Position numbers and translations under genes: made by a program
The notes under the pieces: generated by a model
Databases searched by the model: none
What the model was told of the DNA's origin: nothing
What the model saw: the letters and a program-made list of their open reading frames with translations, nothing else
Source of the DNA: Amphiscolops sp. MND2022
Lineage: Eukaryota
NCBI GenBank assembly: GCA_964187785.1
Contig: OZ076409.1
Location: 53,756,001 to 53,820,000, forward strand
Direction of reading: 5' to 3'
DNA: 64,000 bases
Shown: positions 1 through 13,527 of the stretch, one piece after another
Layout of the letters: each line of letters begins with the position of its first letter
Numbering within the stretch: position 1 is the first letter of the stretch

Positions 1-140
1 TTGTTTCAATATTTTCATGAGGTTGTTCAATTGAATGTTTTTCATTCAGTCTCATTTCTTTTTCACAGCCCTATGTTCCGTTTCTTTATCACAGTACTGT
101 ATTAAATTAATTCTCCCAGTAAATTATTAACGTGTTCCAA

Positions 141-542
141 TTTATAAAACCTCGCTTATAATAAACATGCGTTATAATGAAAATATCGTAACAACAGTTT
201 CGGCAATGCAATTTTCGAACCAATTACATGTAAATAAACCTGGATATAATACATACGGAATGACTAACAAGTTTCACTGCCTCTACTATGTTACAGGTAT
301 TTAACCAATGATGAAATAGGTGTAGAATGGAAACATTTTTCTTTGATGGGTGACAGCGAAAAACGGTCTTCAGCTGAAAACATCAAGAACTTGATTTATA
401 ATTCAATCATGAATAAAAAATTTCAAACTGTTATAACTGATTTCTTCAATTAAAGTTGAGAAATGTTTTTTCAATATCGGTTATAGTGTAACTCGTTTTC
501 ATCATGTCTCCTGGAGGTTTATTATACCGAGGTTCAACTGTA
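141..542 (+). mobile_element. pogo/Tigger-like (Tc1/mariner superfamily) deletion derivative or MITE
   Basis: Right end GTTTATTATACCGAGGTTCAACTG|TA (517-542) is the inverted copy of a degenerate left end AAACCTCGCTTATAATAAAC (~147-166). Positions 421-453 read FQTVITDFFN*, a QxxIxxFF PIP-box-like C-terminus typical of pogo-family transposases. Confidence 0.55.
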
Positions 543-753
543 TTGCCAATGCCAACTGATACGAAAAACTGGAGACCAAAGGGATGAAGCCTTTGGGACT
601 CTTTCTTGGCGCCTTGATTTTTTTTCGAAAAATTCGTTTTACTCGAGCCACCTCAGGTTTTTTTGATTTTTTCGTTTATTGAATTGCGTTTCTCGATCTT
701 AAAGGAGATATTTCAACTATGCTGTATCTGAATTGTTGACGTCATATCCGATA

Positions 754-880
754 TTTTTAGTCGGCGCATTTTAGTAGAAAATGTGCCCGACTCTTACAGT
801 GGGTTTTTTAGACACGAAAGGTCCACTTTTTTGTTCTGTTCATTTGTTCAACGACTTCGGGGAGGTTCAAAACGCGGAGG
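754..880 (+). repeat. 5' fragment of the dispersed Helentron/DINE-like repeat family
   Basis: TTTTAGTCGGCGCATTTTAGTAGAAAATGTGCCCGACT is near-identical to the starts of the copies at ~4033 and ~13013. Confidence 0.7.
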
Positions 881-1289
881 TTCAAAACACTTGAAATGTC
901 AGAACCTTGTGCAAAACAAAAAAAAAGAAACAAACGGACGTCCTGGAAAACATAATAAGGGTCCAAAATTAGACATTTCCAATTTTTTTCGGCACTATGA
1001 GACATTTTTATTTTCCGTCCATATTTCAAACGGAATAGGAAAATATTTAAATCAAACGGTTTTTTTACAAAATTTGCCAAGAATTTATTTATATCAAAGC
1101 TTAATGGTTTCACCCATAGAATTCAGCTGATGTAAAATTAGCATCATGCGGTATGTATTTGTGGAGATTTTTGGACTTTTTTGGTTGACCCCGAAGACCC
1201 CAGAATGACCGAAAAATGACCCGAAAATAGTGAAAACTGCAAATTTTTCCGATTTTTACCGTTTCCAAGCAATTTATGTCAATTTTCGA

Positions 1290-2480
1290 TAGATTTCGTG
1301 GCTTTGAATGTTGAAAGAGAAAAATATCGTTATCCAAGAGGCTTTTTCAAAGAAATAAATGCAACTTTATAAAGAAAAGTCTCAAATTGTGATCGAAATT
1401 GAAAAAACTTCCAAAAAGTTCAGATTATTACCGTTTTTTTTGCAATTTTTGTCAAATTTTTGATACACTTGCTAGCTTAGAAAAATAAAAACTTTCCACA
1501 AGGAAAGATTTTGTTGTCCAAGAGGCGTCGTCGAAGTTATAAATGCAATTAGGTTTGTAAAAAAGCCTCAAATTCAGACCGAAAATGCAAAAATCCCAGA
1601 AACATCAGATTTTTGAAAATTTCATGCAATTTTTGTCTTTTTCGAATGACTTGGTGGCTTAGAATGTCAAAGACGTTCAAAAAGGAAAAAAATTCGTTGC
1701 CCGAGTGGCTTCTTTGAAGATATAAAAGCAATTTGTGCTGGAAAAATGCATCAAATTCACACCAAAATTGACAAAAACAAAAAGTTCAAAATTTTGAAAA
1801 TTTTATTAAATTTTTGTGTATTTTTCCAAAGACTTAGTGGCTTAGAATCCCACAGACGTTGAACAAGGAAACAATTCGTTGTCCAGGGGCTTTTTTGAAA
1901 AGGTAAAAGCAATTTGTGCTGGAAAAATGCATCAAATTCACACCAAAATTGACAAAAAAAGTTCAGATTTTTGAAATTTTTGTTCAATTTTTGTGTATTT
2001 TTCTGAAAACTTAGTAACTTAGAATCTCACAGACGTTCAACAAGGAAACAATTTGTTGTCCGGGACTTTTTTGAAGAGGTAATAGCAATTTGTTCTGGAA
2101 AAAGTCATCAAATTCAGACCGAAATTGACAAAAATTCGGGTTTTTGAAAATTTTATGCAGTTTTTGTGTACTTTTCGAAAAACTTGGTGGCTTAGAAAAT
2201 TAAAGACGTTCAACTAGGAAAAAATTCGTTTTCAGAGAGACTTTTGTTAAGAAGTAGAAAAAGTTTTCTACTGAAAAAAACGCACAATTTGCGACCAAAA
2301 ATGACGAAAACTTCAAAATGTACCAATTTTTCACCTTTTTATGCAACTTTTGTCAATTTTCTAGAGTTTTCGTGGGTCAGAACGTTGAATACGTTGAATA
2401 CAACAGCTAATGATTTTGTTGTCCAATAGGGTTGTTTGCGGAGATAAATGCAGTTTTGTAAAAAAATAGTTGCAACAATG
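1290..2480. repeat. Tandem repeat array, ~180-bp unit, about 6-7 diverged copies (more degenerate units may continue to ~3600)
   Basis: AGCAATTTGTGCTGGAAAAATGCATCAAATTCACACCAAAATTGACAAAA recurs at ~1728, ~1908 and ~2085. A (G)GCTTAGAA anchor recurs at ~1300, 1475, 1657, 1839, 2018, 2189 and 2376. Confidence 0.8.
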
Positions 2481-3779
2481 ACCACGAAATAGTCAACAGA
2501 TCTTATTTTGTTTTACATTTTTGTATTTTCCAACGCAACTTTTTTAAAAACTTCAACCGTTCATGGATCAAAACTCTGAAACGATTCAACAACAACCGTA
2601 TGCGTTCCCTGTAGGCTTTTTGATCGGATATGTTTCAGTTTCTGATGAATAATTAAGCTTTAATTTGACACAAAAAGTGTCAAAAGTTCTAGAAATTCCA
2701 GTTTAAATAGGTTCTTCATGTTATGTGAGTATCATTTTTCAGACTATTGTTAAGTTAGATGGTTCAAAACTTTCCGAGGTGATGTAGTTTCCTTTGTGAT
2801 GAGAAAATTGCAGTGTTTTACATTAAATTTTTCAAGTTTGTCGTTTTTGCTGCCGTTTGTGTTCAATTGTTGAAAATTTCTGTGACCAAGAAAGTTCAAA
2901 ACACTCATAAACGATGAAACTAGCTATGCAGTATGCTATTTTGAAGATAGTTGCAGTATTTAACTTAAAAGGTGTATTAACTTCAAAGGGGTTTAACTTC
3001 AAAAAGTCTAAATTCAACGTTTCTTATGCAAATTACCGAATTTTTTTGAGACGTTTCCATCGTTGGAAGAAGAAAAACCCTCAAAAGCGAACGAATGGGT
3101 TGTTCAGTAGGTTTTTTGCAGGTGAATTGCAGTTTCACGTGAGAAAAGAGCCTCAAAATGACCCCAAAATAGTTGAAAAAAGTTTTGGCAGTTGATTGAC
3201 AAATTAGTGAACTTCTATTGAAAGTTACCAAAACTTCGTAAAAATCTAAAAGTCTAAATTTTTGAGTAGGCATGCAGAATGTCCAAAAAAGAAATCTACA
3301 ATTGTGTATGCAAAAAGTTCGTCACAATGATTTGAACTTTAGCGAAAATCCGTTTTTTTGTTTTTGAAATGTTGATATACTTTTATGTAAACGTTTCGAG
3401 CAATTTTGTAATTCAAGAATGAGTGGACCCGTTATCCAAAAAGCGTTTTTGAAGAGACATCTACAGTCTCTTATAAAAGTTCCTCAAATGACCGCAAAGT
3501 TGTCGAAAAGCAAAAATCTACAATTTTTGACATTTTTGCCAACTTCACGCAAATTTAAAGAAAATTTGATTGGTTAGGTTACACACAATCTGACAAAAAA
3601 ACAAATAGGTGTTTGGTGTCTTCTTAAAGTGTTTTCTTCTGAAATGGCATAACATTATTCAAAAAGTGTCAAACCTTTTTCCATCAAAGCACTAAGCGTT
3701 TTCATAGTGTAATGGCTACTCTTGAGTCTCAAAAATATGTCATTGCTTGAACAGATTGGACGGAAAATATCCTGCTGGT

Positions 3780-3969
3780 CAGCGGGCGTCTTGTTTCGAT
3801 TTTTTTTTGTTACTGGAAAAATTTTTAATGTCTCCAAACGGATCCCCTTTTCATACTTTGGAACAAACTGGAGTTTCTAAAAGCCCAAAAGGTCCACCTT
3901 TTTACAATTTTAAAAACCCGCTTTTTGAGTGTTAGATATAGCGCCGACTTTGGCCGTTCCCGGCTTGTT
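3780..3969 (+). repeat. 3' part of Helentron/DINE-like repeat
   Basis: Ends AGATATAGCGCCGACTTTGGCCGTTCCCGGCTTGTT, the same terminus as the full copies. Confidence 0.7.
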
Positions 3970-4032
3970 AGATCTTGCCAGAACTTAGGTGACTGTTTGT
4001 ATCTAGTCATTATCGAACCTTGTTATGGATGT

Positions 4033-4546
4033 TTTTTGTCGGCGCATTTTAGTAGAAAATGTGCCCGACTCTTACTGGGTAGTTTTTTTAGACGCGTAAG
4101 GTCCACTGTTTTGTTCATTTGTTCAACAACGTCAAACCTCAGCAGCGCGTCCAAAACGAAAAGAAAAAACAAAACAGACGTCCAGAATTTCGAAATCACA
4201 CTAAGGATCCCCCCATAGCCCCACTTTTTTCGGCACTATGCGGTTTTTTTGAAACTTTTTGGATTGTACCAAAGGGTTCCCCCTTCATTTGTTTCGATAT
4301 TTTGCAACACAATGGATGTCAAAAAACCCCAAAGAGTCCCCTCTTTTACATTTTTCGGCACTGTGGCACTTTTCAAAAATCTCATTAAAAATTTTTTTAG
4401 GAAATTTTTTCAAGTCCCCAAATGGGCCCCCCTTCAAATTTTTCATATTGTGCAACCAGCTGGAGTTTCACAAAGCCCGTAGGGTCCCCCTTTTTACAAT
4501 TCTGAGCCTTAGATATGGCGCCGACTTTGGCCGTTCTCGGCTTGTT
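4033..4546 (+). mobile_element. Non-autonomous Helentron-associated (HINE/DINE-1-like) element, full copy
   Basis: 5' subterminal motif GTCGGCGC, 3' inverted copy GCGCCGACT, then a short hairpin GCCG-TTCT-CGGC and a TT end. Highly similar to 13013-13527. Family assignment rests on end structure only. Confidence 0.65.
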
Positions 4547-4725
4547 TTCTGTAACAAAAAACGCATATAACGATAAAAATGCGGTTTATCCGAATATCCG
4601 ATGTTATTTCCAAATTATTTTAAGTTTCACCAGGAATAAAGTGGGGCTTGAATATAACCGTTTACAAATGTTTGTTTCCAAATTGAACTGTAGTAATACT
4701 GTTTTCTGGTAACGTATTTAACCAT

Positions 4726-5326
4726 AACAAGCCTTGAACGGCACAAGTCGGCGCCCAATTCAAGACTCAAAAACAGCAGTACTTCAAAGCGTTAAGCATT
4801 CTCTTTTGAATAAATTCTCAAATTCGCAGTACCGAAAAATTGTAAAATAACGCCCTTTGGGCTTGAAAGTGCTTTTTTGCTTTTTTCTGTTTTTTTCCGA
4901 CAAGAAATAAACCAAAGCGAAAATTCTTGTGTGAAGAGAAATTTTCCAAAAAATTGCACCAGCCGAAAAACAGGGAGACGGAATTTTCGGGCTTTTCGCT
5001 TTTCTTGTCCAAAAATATCAAAAAAATTAGGACGTTTCTGGAAAATTGAGTTTTTGCAGTTAGGTTACACAGTGCCGAAAAACCATGGGCCCTAAAACAC
5101 TTTTCTTATTAAGAAATATCAAAAAATATATATTAGGTTTCGAAAAAAAACTTATTTAATCCAAAAAAGTTTTGAAAAATGGGAACGGGGAGATCCTTCC
5201 GACTAATTCGCCATTTTGGAGAATTTTGGAATTTGGCATGAAATAGTCACTTCCGCCGGATTAAAAAAGCACGACGAAAATTCACTATGATAATCGCGTT
5301 TTATTTCATAAAGCGCCGACTAAAAA
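4726..5326 (-). mobile_element. Helentron/DINE-like element, related subfamily, reverse orientation
   Basis: Begins AACAAGCC..CGGCACAAGTCGGCGC and ends GCGCCGACTAAAAA, the reverse complement of the family ends. Confidence 0.6.
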
Positions 5327-6599
5327 TGTGGTATAAAATGCGAATGTTTGATTTTTTGGAAGTAAGCCTTATGAAAGAGTACTTTTTCTAAGTTGCCTTT
5401 TTGGGAACCTATATGCAATAATGCTAGTTTTCAGATCTGTTGAGACGTTTTAGTTGAAATTTTTCAGTTGCTTTTTCTCTTCCAAATAATTGAGGTTTGT
5501 AAGTGTCCGATTTTCCCTTGATTCATCGTGTAACAGTAGACGAAAAATATTGCAAGAGCCGGTTGGATAATATTGTTAGTTGCACGGCCCATTTAAGAGG
5601 GTCTAAGAACCAATTTACACTTCTAATTCTTAATGTGTGGGAAACCTAAGGAGCTGTTTACCACTTCTCTCGATTTCATATCACGTTTTACTATCATGCA
5701 ATTTCTTTTGTTTTTTCCGGTAAATCTGTTTTCTTTCCAAAATAGACACATCCCCACCTGCAAAGATTTTTACACTAATTTGGAGATGATGGACCAAGAC
5801 GCTGTATTTTTACAACGTTTTTTGGAAAACTGAAAAGTCAAATCAATTTTTCATTGCTCAAACTACATTTGCCCGTTCAAACATTTGATCGTTATTCAAC
5901 CAAAAAGCGAATGAAGCGTTTTCAAAAATTCTGCGTTTCGGCGTGAGCTGGAATATGATTTTAACGAGGCTAAACTAGCTTCCCACCAAAATCATAACTA
6001 CATTTGTTTTCACGTTCACTTAGCATCTTATTTATCTGCAAGGGGCCCGCCCTCTTAGAGTTGACATGAAACGAACGAGTGCGAGTGTTTGCCTGACAAA
6101 ACAGAGCTTCACTTGCATTCAGATAATTGTAAAAGGTCATTAGCGCTTTTAATAATTTGTTTCCAAGTAGCAAAACTTATGGTCCAAACCTGGGATGCTT
6201 TCAGTCAAGACTAAGTTTGCAATTTCACATTCGCAGATTAAAATTTTTTTTTTAGAAATTTGGTTCGAATTGGAGGAATTCAAAAATGTTTCAATGACTT
6301 CATCCCAAAACTGCAGAAAAGATAAATTCCTTTTTTGAAACCCATTTGCATTTTTTGCAGTTTGTGAAAAACTGTCGATTCGATGAAACCTGTTAACTAA
6401 AAACGGATTTCTTCGATTCACAATTCTTCTGTAATGAGATGTTGAAAATAAGATTCCGGGAGTGGAGAAAGTTTCTCAAGAATCTAACTCTCACAAAAAG
6501 GTGTTTGTTTGACGGACAAAGCGTCCGCCTAACTGACTAGCTCTGCTCCTTTTCTCCCCAAAAATATTTCTCGGCTATACCCGGGAGCGCAACAATTTA

Positions 6600-7600
6600 T
6601 CTATTTTTTAAAAATGTTCTAATCAGTCTTTATGATATTCAAGCAACTACAACAAACTGGCTAAGGCTGAGGTCCACATTTCTGCCACTTGAAAAATCTC
6701 AATACTCTAGCTCCGTGGGCGGCAGAATGACCATGACTTATTTCCTGCTCTCAGGGTCAGTCTCAGAATTTAACATTCACTGTCAAGAAGAGCGAGTATG
6801 ATTCAGTACAAGTATCTTGCCTCTTCGAGACTCAACTTTCTCCAAGCTATCTAACTCGTTTCTGGTGGTCCAAGTAGTTTCCAATGCCCATGAAGTGAAT
6901 TTCACATGCGCCTGTGTTACAAGACCTTTTATGGCATAGCGAACGCCTCTACGGAGCCTAGTGTTTCATTGACTAATTTTTTTTACCTTGTATATAAAAT
7001 TGTTTTAATACCTTGTCTGAGGTTCACATTCCACAACAATTCAAGTCTTCTAAGATACTTCCGAAGGAGAAACAAGACGACCCTCGCTTACATTGTTTAC
7101 TGTTGGTTTAGTTTTCTAAGGCCGCTGTCACCGAATAAGTCACTGATACCGTTCCGCACTCGGTAGTAATCGACTACTTTCGTTATTGCGATCCGTTGGA
7201 GATTATAGTAGCCACAGTCCAAGTATTTTTTCTACCAGGCCTGCGCGTTCGTTCCCGCACACCTGTATTGAACAATACTCGCGTGCTGGACCAATTAGTG
7301 TAACTTCCATGTATTTTGCTTAGGACCGTTAGGTAACACTTTGGACCAGTTTGATAATCACAGCGTCGTCTGGCTAAAACTTACGTAACATTCAGTGTTT
7401 GTTTATTTAGGGCCAGTTCCTGTCGTACGTTCATTACACAGGTCCGAAAATGTACGCAAAGTGCTTAACAAGCTACTGGCTGTGGGTTTCCAGATAAATT
7501 TTCGTTGAAGTTAGTGTCCATAAGGAAAACTACACAGGAAAAGTTAAAAGCTACAACCCTAAAATGAGGGCCAACATTATAATGCGATTTATACTAACAT
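6600..7600 (-). pseudogene. Possible highly degraded non-LTR (LINE) reverse-transcriptase remnant
   Basis: Minus-strand traces occur in the expected order: VRQ-like (~7420), DDAVI (~7365), KYLG (~7222). No intact ORF. Confidence 0.35.
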
Positions 7601-8456
7601 ATTATAGCAGTGTTAATTCATTTGGGAAACGAAACACTTGTCGATAAATAACACAATGGCAAATTGAAGTTGAAAAATCTTGTAGAAAATTTTTTTTCAT
7701 CCCAACGCTGACAATGCTATCTGTTTTGGTACCGCAAAAAGTTGATCTTATAAATAATCAAGTTGAACATGTCGCTAGAATTCTCATCGTCTGCACTAGG
7801 GTTTTGTTGATGCCTACTCCAATAGAATTTCAATTAATTTGTTTCAAGTTAAAGTCCGGTGAGGTAACGTTATAGCTTCAGCCCGAAATGATGCATCTCG
7901 ACAAAAATAGGCAAATGGGCTCACTATCGAATCAGCAACTTATGCATTTCAGTCTCATGGGTCTAGATCGTCTCGCGAGGGGCGATTCCGAATGAAGTTT
8001 TCTTACAGGCATTCATTACACGATGTCAACTGAGCGGTCAAAAAGTCAACTGGCCTACGAAGTCCGAACCGACAATAGTTTGTTAATTTCGATGTTTGCT
8101 CGTTACTATTAATCATACACCTGTTTAGAGTCAAAACAAATCTTTCCTGTAGCTAAATTCGTGTAGAAGTTTTGATACGTAAATCTGAAGTTACCAACGG
8201 TGTTGTTTAAGCCACCTAACACAATATAAGGCGCTTTTACACAAACTAATATACAGCTCTAAAAGTTTGCCATGGAAATTTTCCTGACTACGTTTCATAT
8301 TTTAGTATCTAACCCCTGCACCCCAGAAGTACTTCAAATCACTTGGGAAGTGGCTATTGGAAAGGCTTCAAAAAGTGTCGCAGCTCTGAAATTATCGCGA
8401 GAGTATCTTTTGGGTTCTTTTTCACTATCACATATCGTTGTGAAAGATCAAGCCAT

Positions 8457-9030
8457 TCAAATGTGATTTTCACAGGAAAATATCCACCGTTATCATTATC
8501 TGAAATGTTCTTGACTCCAAAAAATGTTCGTGAATGAAACGCGAAGTATGTTTTAGATTCAATACCTTAATCAACAGCTTGGCAAAAAAAGTGATGGAAT
8601 AATTTTTCTCATTTTTTCCAGTTTGTGGCTTTTAATTGGCAGAACTGAAAATAGACGAGGAAACCATTGTCCCTCAGAAAGTATGGCAAGGATGTAGGCT
8701 GTTTCTAACCATCAAATTTCCATCAAATATGACATCTTCAATTTTTTTTACTTTTTCAAGTTCTTCGATCGAAAATTCCTGCTCTGTGAGACCAGATAAC
8801 TTCAAAATAGTTTGAACCCTGGAATGTACATGTCGTAGCACCTTCTGCAGGCCACTGAACGTTTCTGCACGAAGCAAAGCGCGACATCCTGCCGCGCCTA
8901 AGTTTTTATTTGATCTTACTCAACACTCAAGCTTTATCATGTGAAATGTTCTTGACTCCAGAAAATGTTCGTGAATAAAACGCGAAGTATGTTTTAGATC
9001 CAAAATACCTTAATCATCTCCCCTGCAAAC
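8457..9030. repeat. Locally duplicated segment (copy A)
   Basis: 8630-8890 matches 11258-11515. The GAAATG..AAAATGTTCGTGAAT block occurs at ~8500, ~8945 and ~10950. Confidence 0.8.
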
Positions 9031-10149
9031 AAATGGTGTTGTACAGCCGGATTGGTCTCGTTGCTGTAAGGAAAAAGATGTAAAATCTGCATAAATTCTT
9101 CCCCTGACAATAAAAAACGGCTCAACTGAGATAATCGATTTCAGTGTCGATTACTGAAACACATCTACAGCTGTCATTATTTTTGTCAACATCACGTTGA
9201 AGTAACGAGAGGAAGAATTTCATCTCTTGAAAATACGAAAGATAAGTTCTTTGTGCAACCGCAAAGTCATAGGTTTGTTGCTCTAGATGCTGGTAACTGG
9301 GTCAATGGGAAATCAATGCTCCGAATGGGGAAAATCTAGATCAGTTTCAAATATGTGAAACGCGTTGAAAAAAAAACAACACCAGAGCTTTTAAACTTAA
9401 ACCATGACAACCAGGCGTAGCGCAAGTCAGTGCTCCGCGCAAAACAAGACAAACTCAACTTTTCAGAATACGTCAATGAGAGATCCGTCAACACTGAAAA
9501 GTCCAAACTTCCGGAACAGACGATTGTCCGCATAAATTACCAGTTACGCGAATAAAAAAACGTTTGATTCAAAAGATTGTCCATTACCTTAGGGTTAACA
9601 GGTATAAAACAAAATGATGATGATTAGTTTTTAAATAGAGAGAGATGATTAGTTTTTAAATAGAGAGAGAGAGGGAGAAATGTTCTTGCAATAGAAAACT
9701 CTGGGATCATGGGCTTTAATGTCGTTTCGGAAATGAGACCAATTTCACAAGAGAAAACAAGAAACTTTTTCCTGGCTTCTTGATCCCCTTCGCGAAAAAT
9801 GATGATTTGTCTGAACGAAAAAAAATTCGGACGTGACTCCTTGTTCATCATCTCTTTCAATAATGCGTCGATATTGATTGATAAAATCTACTTAACCAAG
9901 AAGTTGAAGATTTCTTACAGATGTTTCGTCATTAGTTTTGTTTTGTGAGGCTTCAAGTTTAGCGAGAAGTCTTTATAATTCCAGTTTTACTTGCATTTGT
10001 GTTTTTTGTTTTTTTTTTACCTGACATGCCCTCTGCATTTGTAAACTTCAAAGCCTATTCTCTAGAGTTTTTTCATCCGAGAACATCCACGTTGCTGCTT
10101 AAATTTCCGCTATTGAAAGCTCTTTTTAACGATCTAATTGTTTTCACTT

Positions 10150-10868
10150 AAAAAAGCCCGACTATTACAGTGACTAGTTTTGTTTCGTCAGGAAACAATG
10201 TATGCTTGGTGAACACTTTTTACTGAAACTACTAAACTACAAGAGACTAGAGGGTCCCACTTTTCGTTTTTTTTCGGCACTGAGACCTATTTTGAAAATG
10301 TTTCCGAAGGGTTCCTTTTCAATGTTTTTGATATTTTGCAACAGAACGGATGTTAAAAAATCTCAAAGGGTCCCCCTTTTACTTTTTTTGGCACTATGAA
10401 ACTGTTCAAAACTCTCATTTTTTGTCTGATATTAGGTTTTCTCAATATATATCCACCAAATAATTTTTTCGAAATTCTCCGAATTTTGAAGGTGGAGGTT
10501 CGAAAATATTGCGCTCTATCAATTTTCAACGTTATATCCGACCTATATTGCGTTTTACTAAGGAGGAAGCGGAGGTTTGAAAACAAGCGTTCCCATTTGT
10601 CCCAGCACGCTACATCCGAACTTTTGCCGTTATATCCGAAGTAATTTGCGTTTTACTGAGGAGGATACGAAAAATCAAAAAAGCTCGTATTTGTCTCAGC
10701 ACGCTATATCCGAACATCTGAAGCGTTTTACGGGCATGAAAGGCACCCTTTTGGTGTTTCGAAGTTTCTTGCGAGTTTTTCATAAACGTCCTGAGCATCT
10801 TTTTTTTAGAACTTTGCGCTTTTTGAGCTTTAGATATAGCGCCGATTTCAGATGTTGCCGTCTTGTTA
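10150..10868 (+). mobile_element. Helentron/DINE-like element, longer variant
   Basis: CCCGACTATTACAGT near the start; ends AGATATAGCGCCGATTTCAGATGTTGCCGTCTTGTT. Confidence 0.55.
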
Positions 10869-10899
10869 CTTTATAACATATAGTTGTAAAACATTAAGC

Positions 10900-11515
10900 C
10901 AAATGTGATTTTCACAGGAAAATTCTCACCATTATATTATTATACTCTGAAATGGACTGCAGAAAATGTTCGTGAATAAAACACGATGTCTGTTTTAGAT
11001 TCGAATAGCTTAATGAGCTCCCTCGCAAACAAATGAACATTTTTTCGAATACTAGCAAAATTTTTTCACTGAGAAATAGGCGATCAAAAGTTTCTACGTT
11101 TCATTCTCGTCGAAAACGTCTCCAAAATATATCGACTTCATTCATGCTTTCTGCTAAAATTGACGTGAAAATTTTTTTTCTCAATTGTGTTTTTTGGCGA
11201 AAAGAAGAGATGTAAGAAGAGAAGTAAGTTGTCTGCATTTTTTCCAATTTGTAGCTCTTAATTGGCAGAACTGAAAATAGATGCGGAGACCATTGCCCCT
11301 CAGAAAGTATGGCAAGAATGTAGGCTGTTTCTTACTATCAAATTTCCATCAAAAATGACGCCTTCGATTTTTTCACTTTTTTAAGTTCTTCGATCAAAAA
11401 TTCCTGCTCTGTGAGACCCGATAACTTCAAAGTAGTTTCAACCCTGGAATATACACTTCGTAGCACCTTCTGCAGACGACTGAACGTTTCTGCTCGGAGC
11501 CAAGCGCGACATCCT
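10900..11515. repeat. Locally duplicated segment (copy B)
   Basis: Matches 8457-8890. Both copies give the minus-strand peptide LRAETFSxLQKVLR..RVxTxLKLSGLTEQEF.IEEL.KVKK. Confidence 0.8.
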
Positions 11516-13012
11516 TTTTTCAACACTGTCATCTTTTTCATCTTATTCAACACTGTCAAAAGGTTCAAATTGAGGTTCAAATTCAAGCTCAAAAGGTTTA
11601 CTTTATATGCACCAGTTGGCATTTTTCAGTCGGTGCGTTTAAAAAATAAGAGACCGACTATTACAGTTACTCGTTTTTGTTTCTTTTTTTCGCTTCTCTT
11701 CACAACAGACTCGCATGCGACGTAGTTTTTGTTCAGTTTGTTCAACTAAACAAATATCAGGGAAACGCATCTGAGTTATTGCGGACGGTCCCCTTTTCAT
11801 TTTGTTTACTTTTTTTGACGTAACATACAAAACCGTAAAAGACTGAAGGATCCCCCCTTTCGATTTTTTTTCAGCACTGTGAGACTGTTTCTTGAAACCT
11901 TTTTAATGTTTCTGTAGGATCCCCCTTCAGTTTTTTTCTGCTATTTCTGCGAGAGCAGGAATAACATAGAAATCTGAGCAACGCAAATTTTTTTCAGTCA
12001 ACTTTTATTAGCGATACAGGTACCTACTGAAAAATACAGATATTTTGTCCGATAGTGAGTATAAGCGTGAGATTTGTATTTCTCCAGCTGCCGACGACAA
12101 TTCGTTTCTCGAGCGATGAAACCACATAGTGGCAATTATGCATTCGTACGCCGAATTCATTGAGATGAAGCGAGCAAATGTTCGTAACTATGCTTTCGTA
12201 CGCCGAGTTATTGGAATGAAGCGAACGAGTAATAAATATTCGTTCGCCGAGAGCTTCGCCTGCATTCAAATGCAAATGCGAAACTTCGTGTACGCTTAGT
12301 AGTGATATTTTCTTTTCTTTCGTCCGAGAAGAATTAAAGGCGGTTTAAACTGGTAGAATGATTAATTTTGCGCTATATAACCTCGTTAGTGATTACGTCC
12401 TCAAATGAGGACAGCGGTTTTTTTCACAATCAATAAAAGATTGGGAAACCCAAAAAGCATATGAGAAAACGAAAGTTTGTCTTTCTTATCAGTAATCTAT
12501 TGGACTATTTGGGGCCAGTTGTTATTTGTGTCAAAATAGTTTGTTTTTTGAACCACCGGCAAAAAAGTAGCTGGAAAAAAGTGAAAATTTGCGGAAAAGA
12601 TACTTTTCAGAAGTATAGCCTTTTCTCAATAACACAGCAACTGTTTGCTAAGTTACTGTCACACTCTAGTAACAGTTAGCCACCAATGAAAACACGTAGA
12701 GAAGTTTTTTTCAATGAAGCTTCAGCTAAGAGTTCGACCGGCATTTGAAAGGCCCGGCAAAGTGGCGCCAACTCCCAGCCTAACTAGTGTGCATTTGAAA
12801 GCTTAGATAAAGGGCTTTCAGGAGCAGAAAACCGATTTGAGTTGTGGCTAATATCCGTAGAGAAATTAAGCATTAAAAATGTTGCCGTATTTTGTCATGT
12901 TTTTTTCCGATTTTTCGGTGTGCTGACGAGGATAATGATTAAACAGGAGTGTTTAGTTATTCCAAATATGCTTCTATTGTTTAAGTTGAAAAGCAGAAAT
13001 GATAGTGGCTTA

Positions 13013-13527
13013 TTTTTTAGTCGGCGCATTTCAGTAGAAAATGTGCCCGACTATTACAGTGGGTAGTTTTTTTAAGACGCGTAAGGTCCACTTTTTTGTT
13101 CATTTGTTCAACAACCTCAAACCTCAACAACTCCAGCTTCAGAAGCGCGTCCAAAACGAAAAGAAAAAACAAAACAGACGTCCAAAGATCCCACCTTAGC
13201 CCCACTTTTTTTCGGCACTATGCGATTTTTTTGAAGTTTTTTGGATTGCATCAGAGGGTCCCCCCTTCATTTGTTTCGATATTTTGCAACACAATGAATG
13301 TCAAAAAATTGCAAAGGGTCCCCCCTTTTACATTTTTCGGCACTGTGACACTGTTTAAAAATCTCATTAAAATTTTTTTTGGGAAATTTTTTCATGTCTC
13401 CAAAGGGTCCCCCCTTCAATTTTTTAAATTTTTTGCAACCAGCTGGAGTTTCACAAAGCCCGAAGGGTCCCCCTTTTAAATTTTGAGCCTTAGATATGGC
13501 GCCGACTTTGGCCGTTCTCGGCTTGTT
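13013..13527 (+). mobile_element. Helentron/DINE-like element, full copy
   Basis: TTTTAGTCGGCGC ... GGCGCCGACTTTGGCCGTTCTCGGCTTGTT; colinear with 4033-4546. Confidence 0.65.

Noticed and set aside
9617..9672. ~26-bp direct duplication GATGATTAGTTTTTAAATAGAGAGAGA
   Set aside because: Ordinary slippage duplication with no associated structure.
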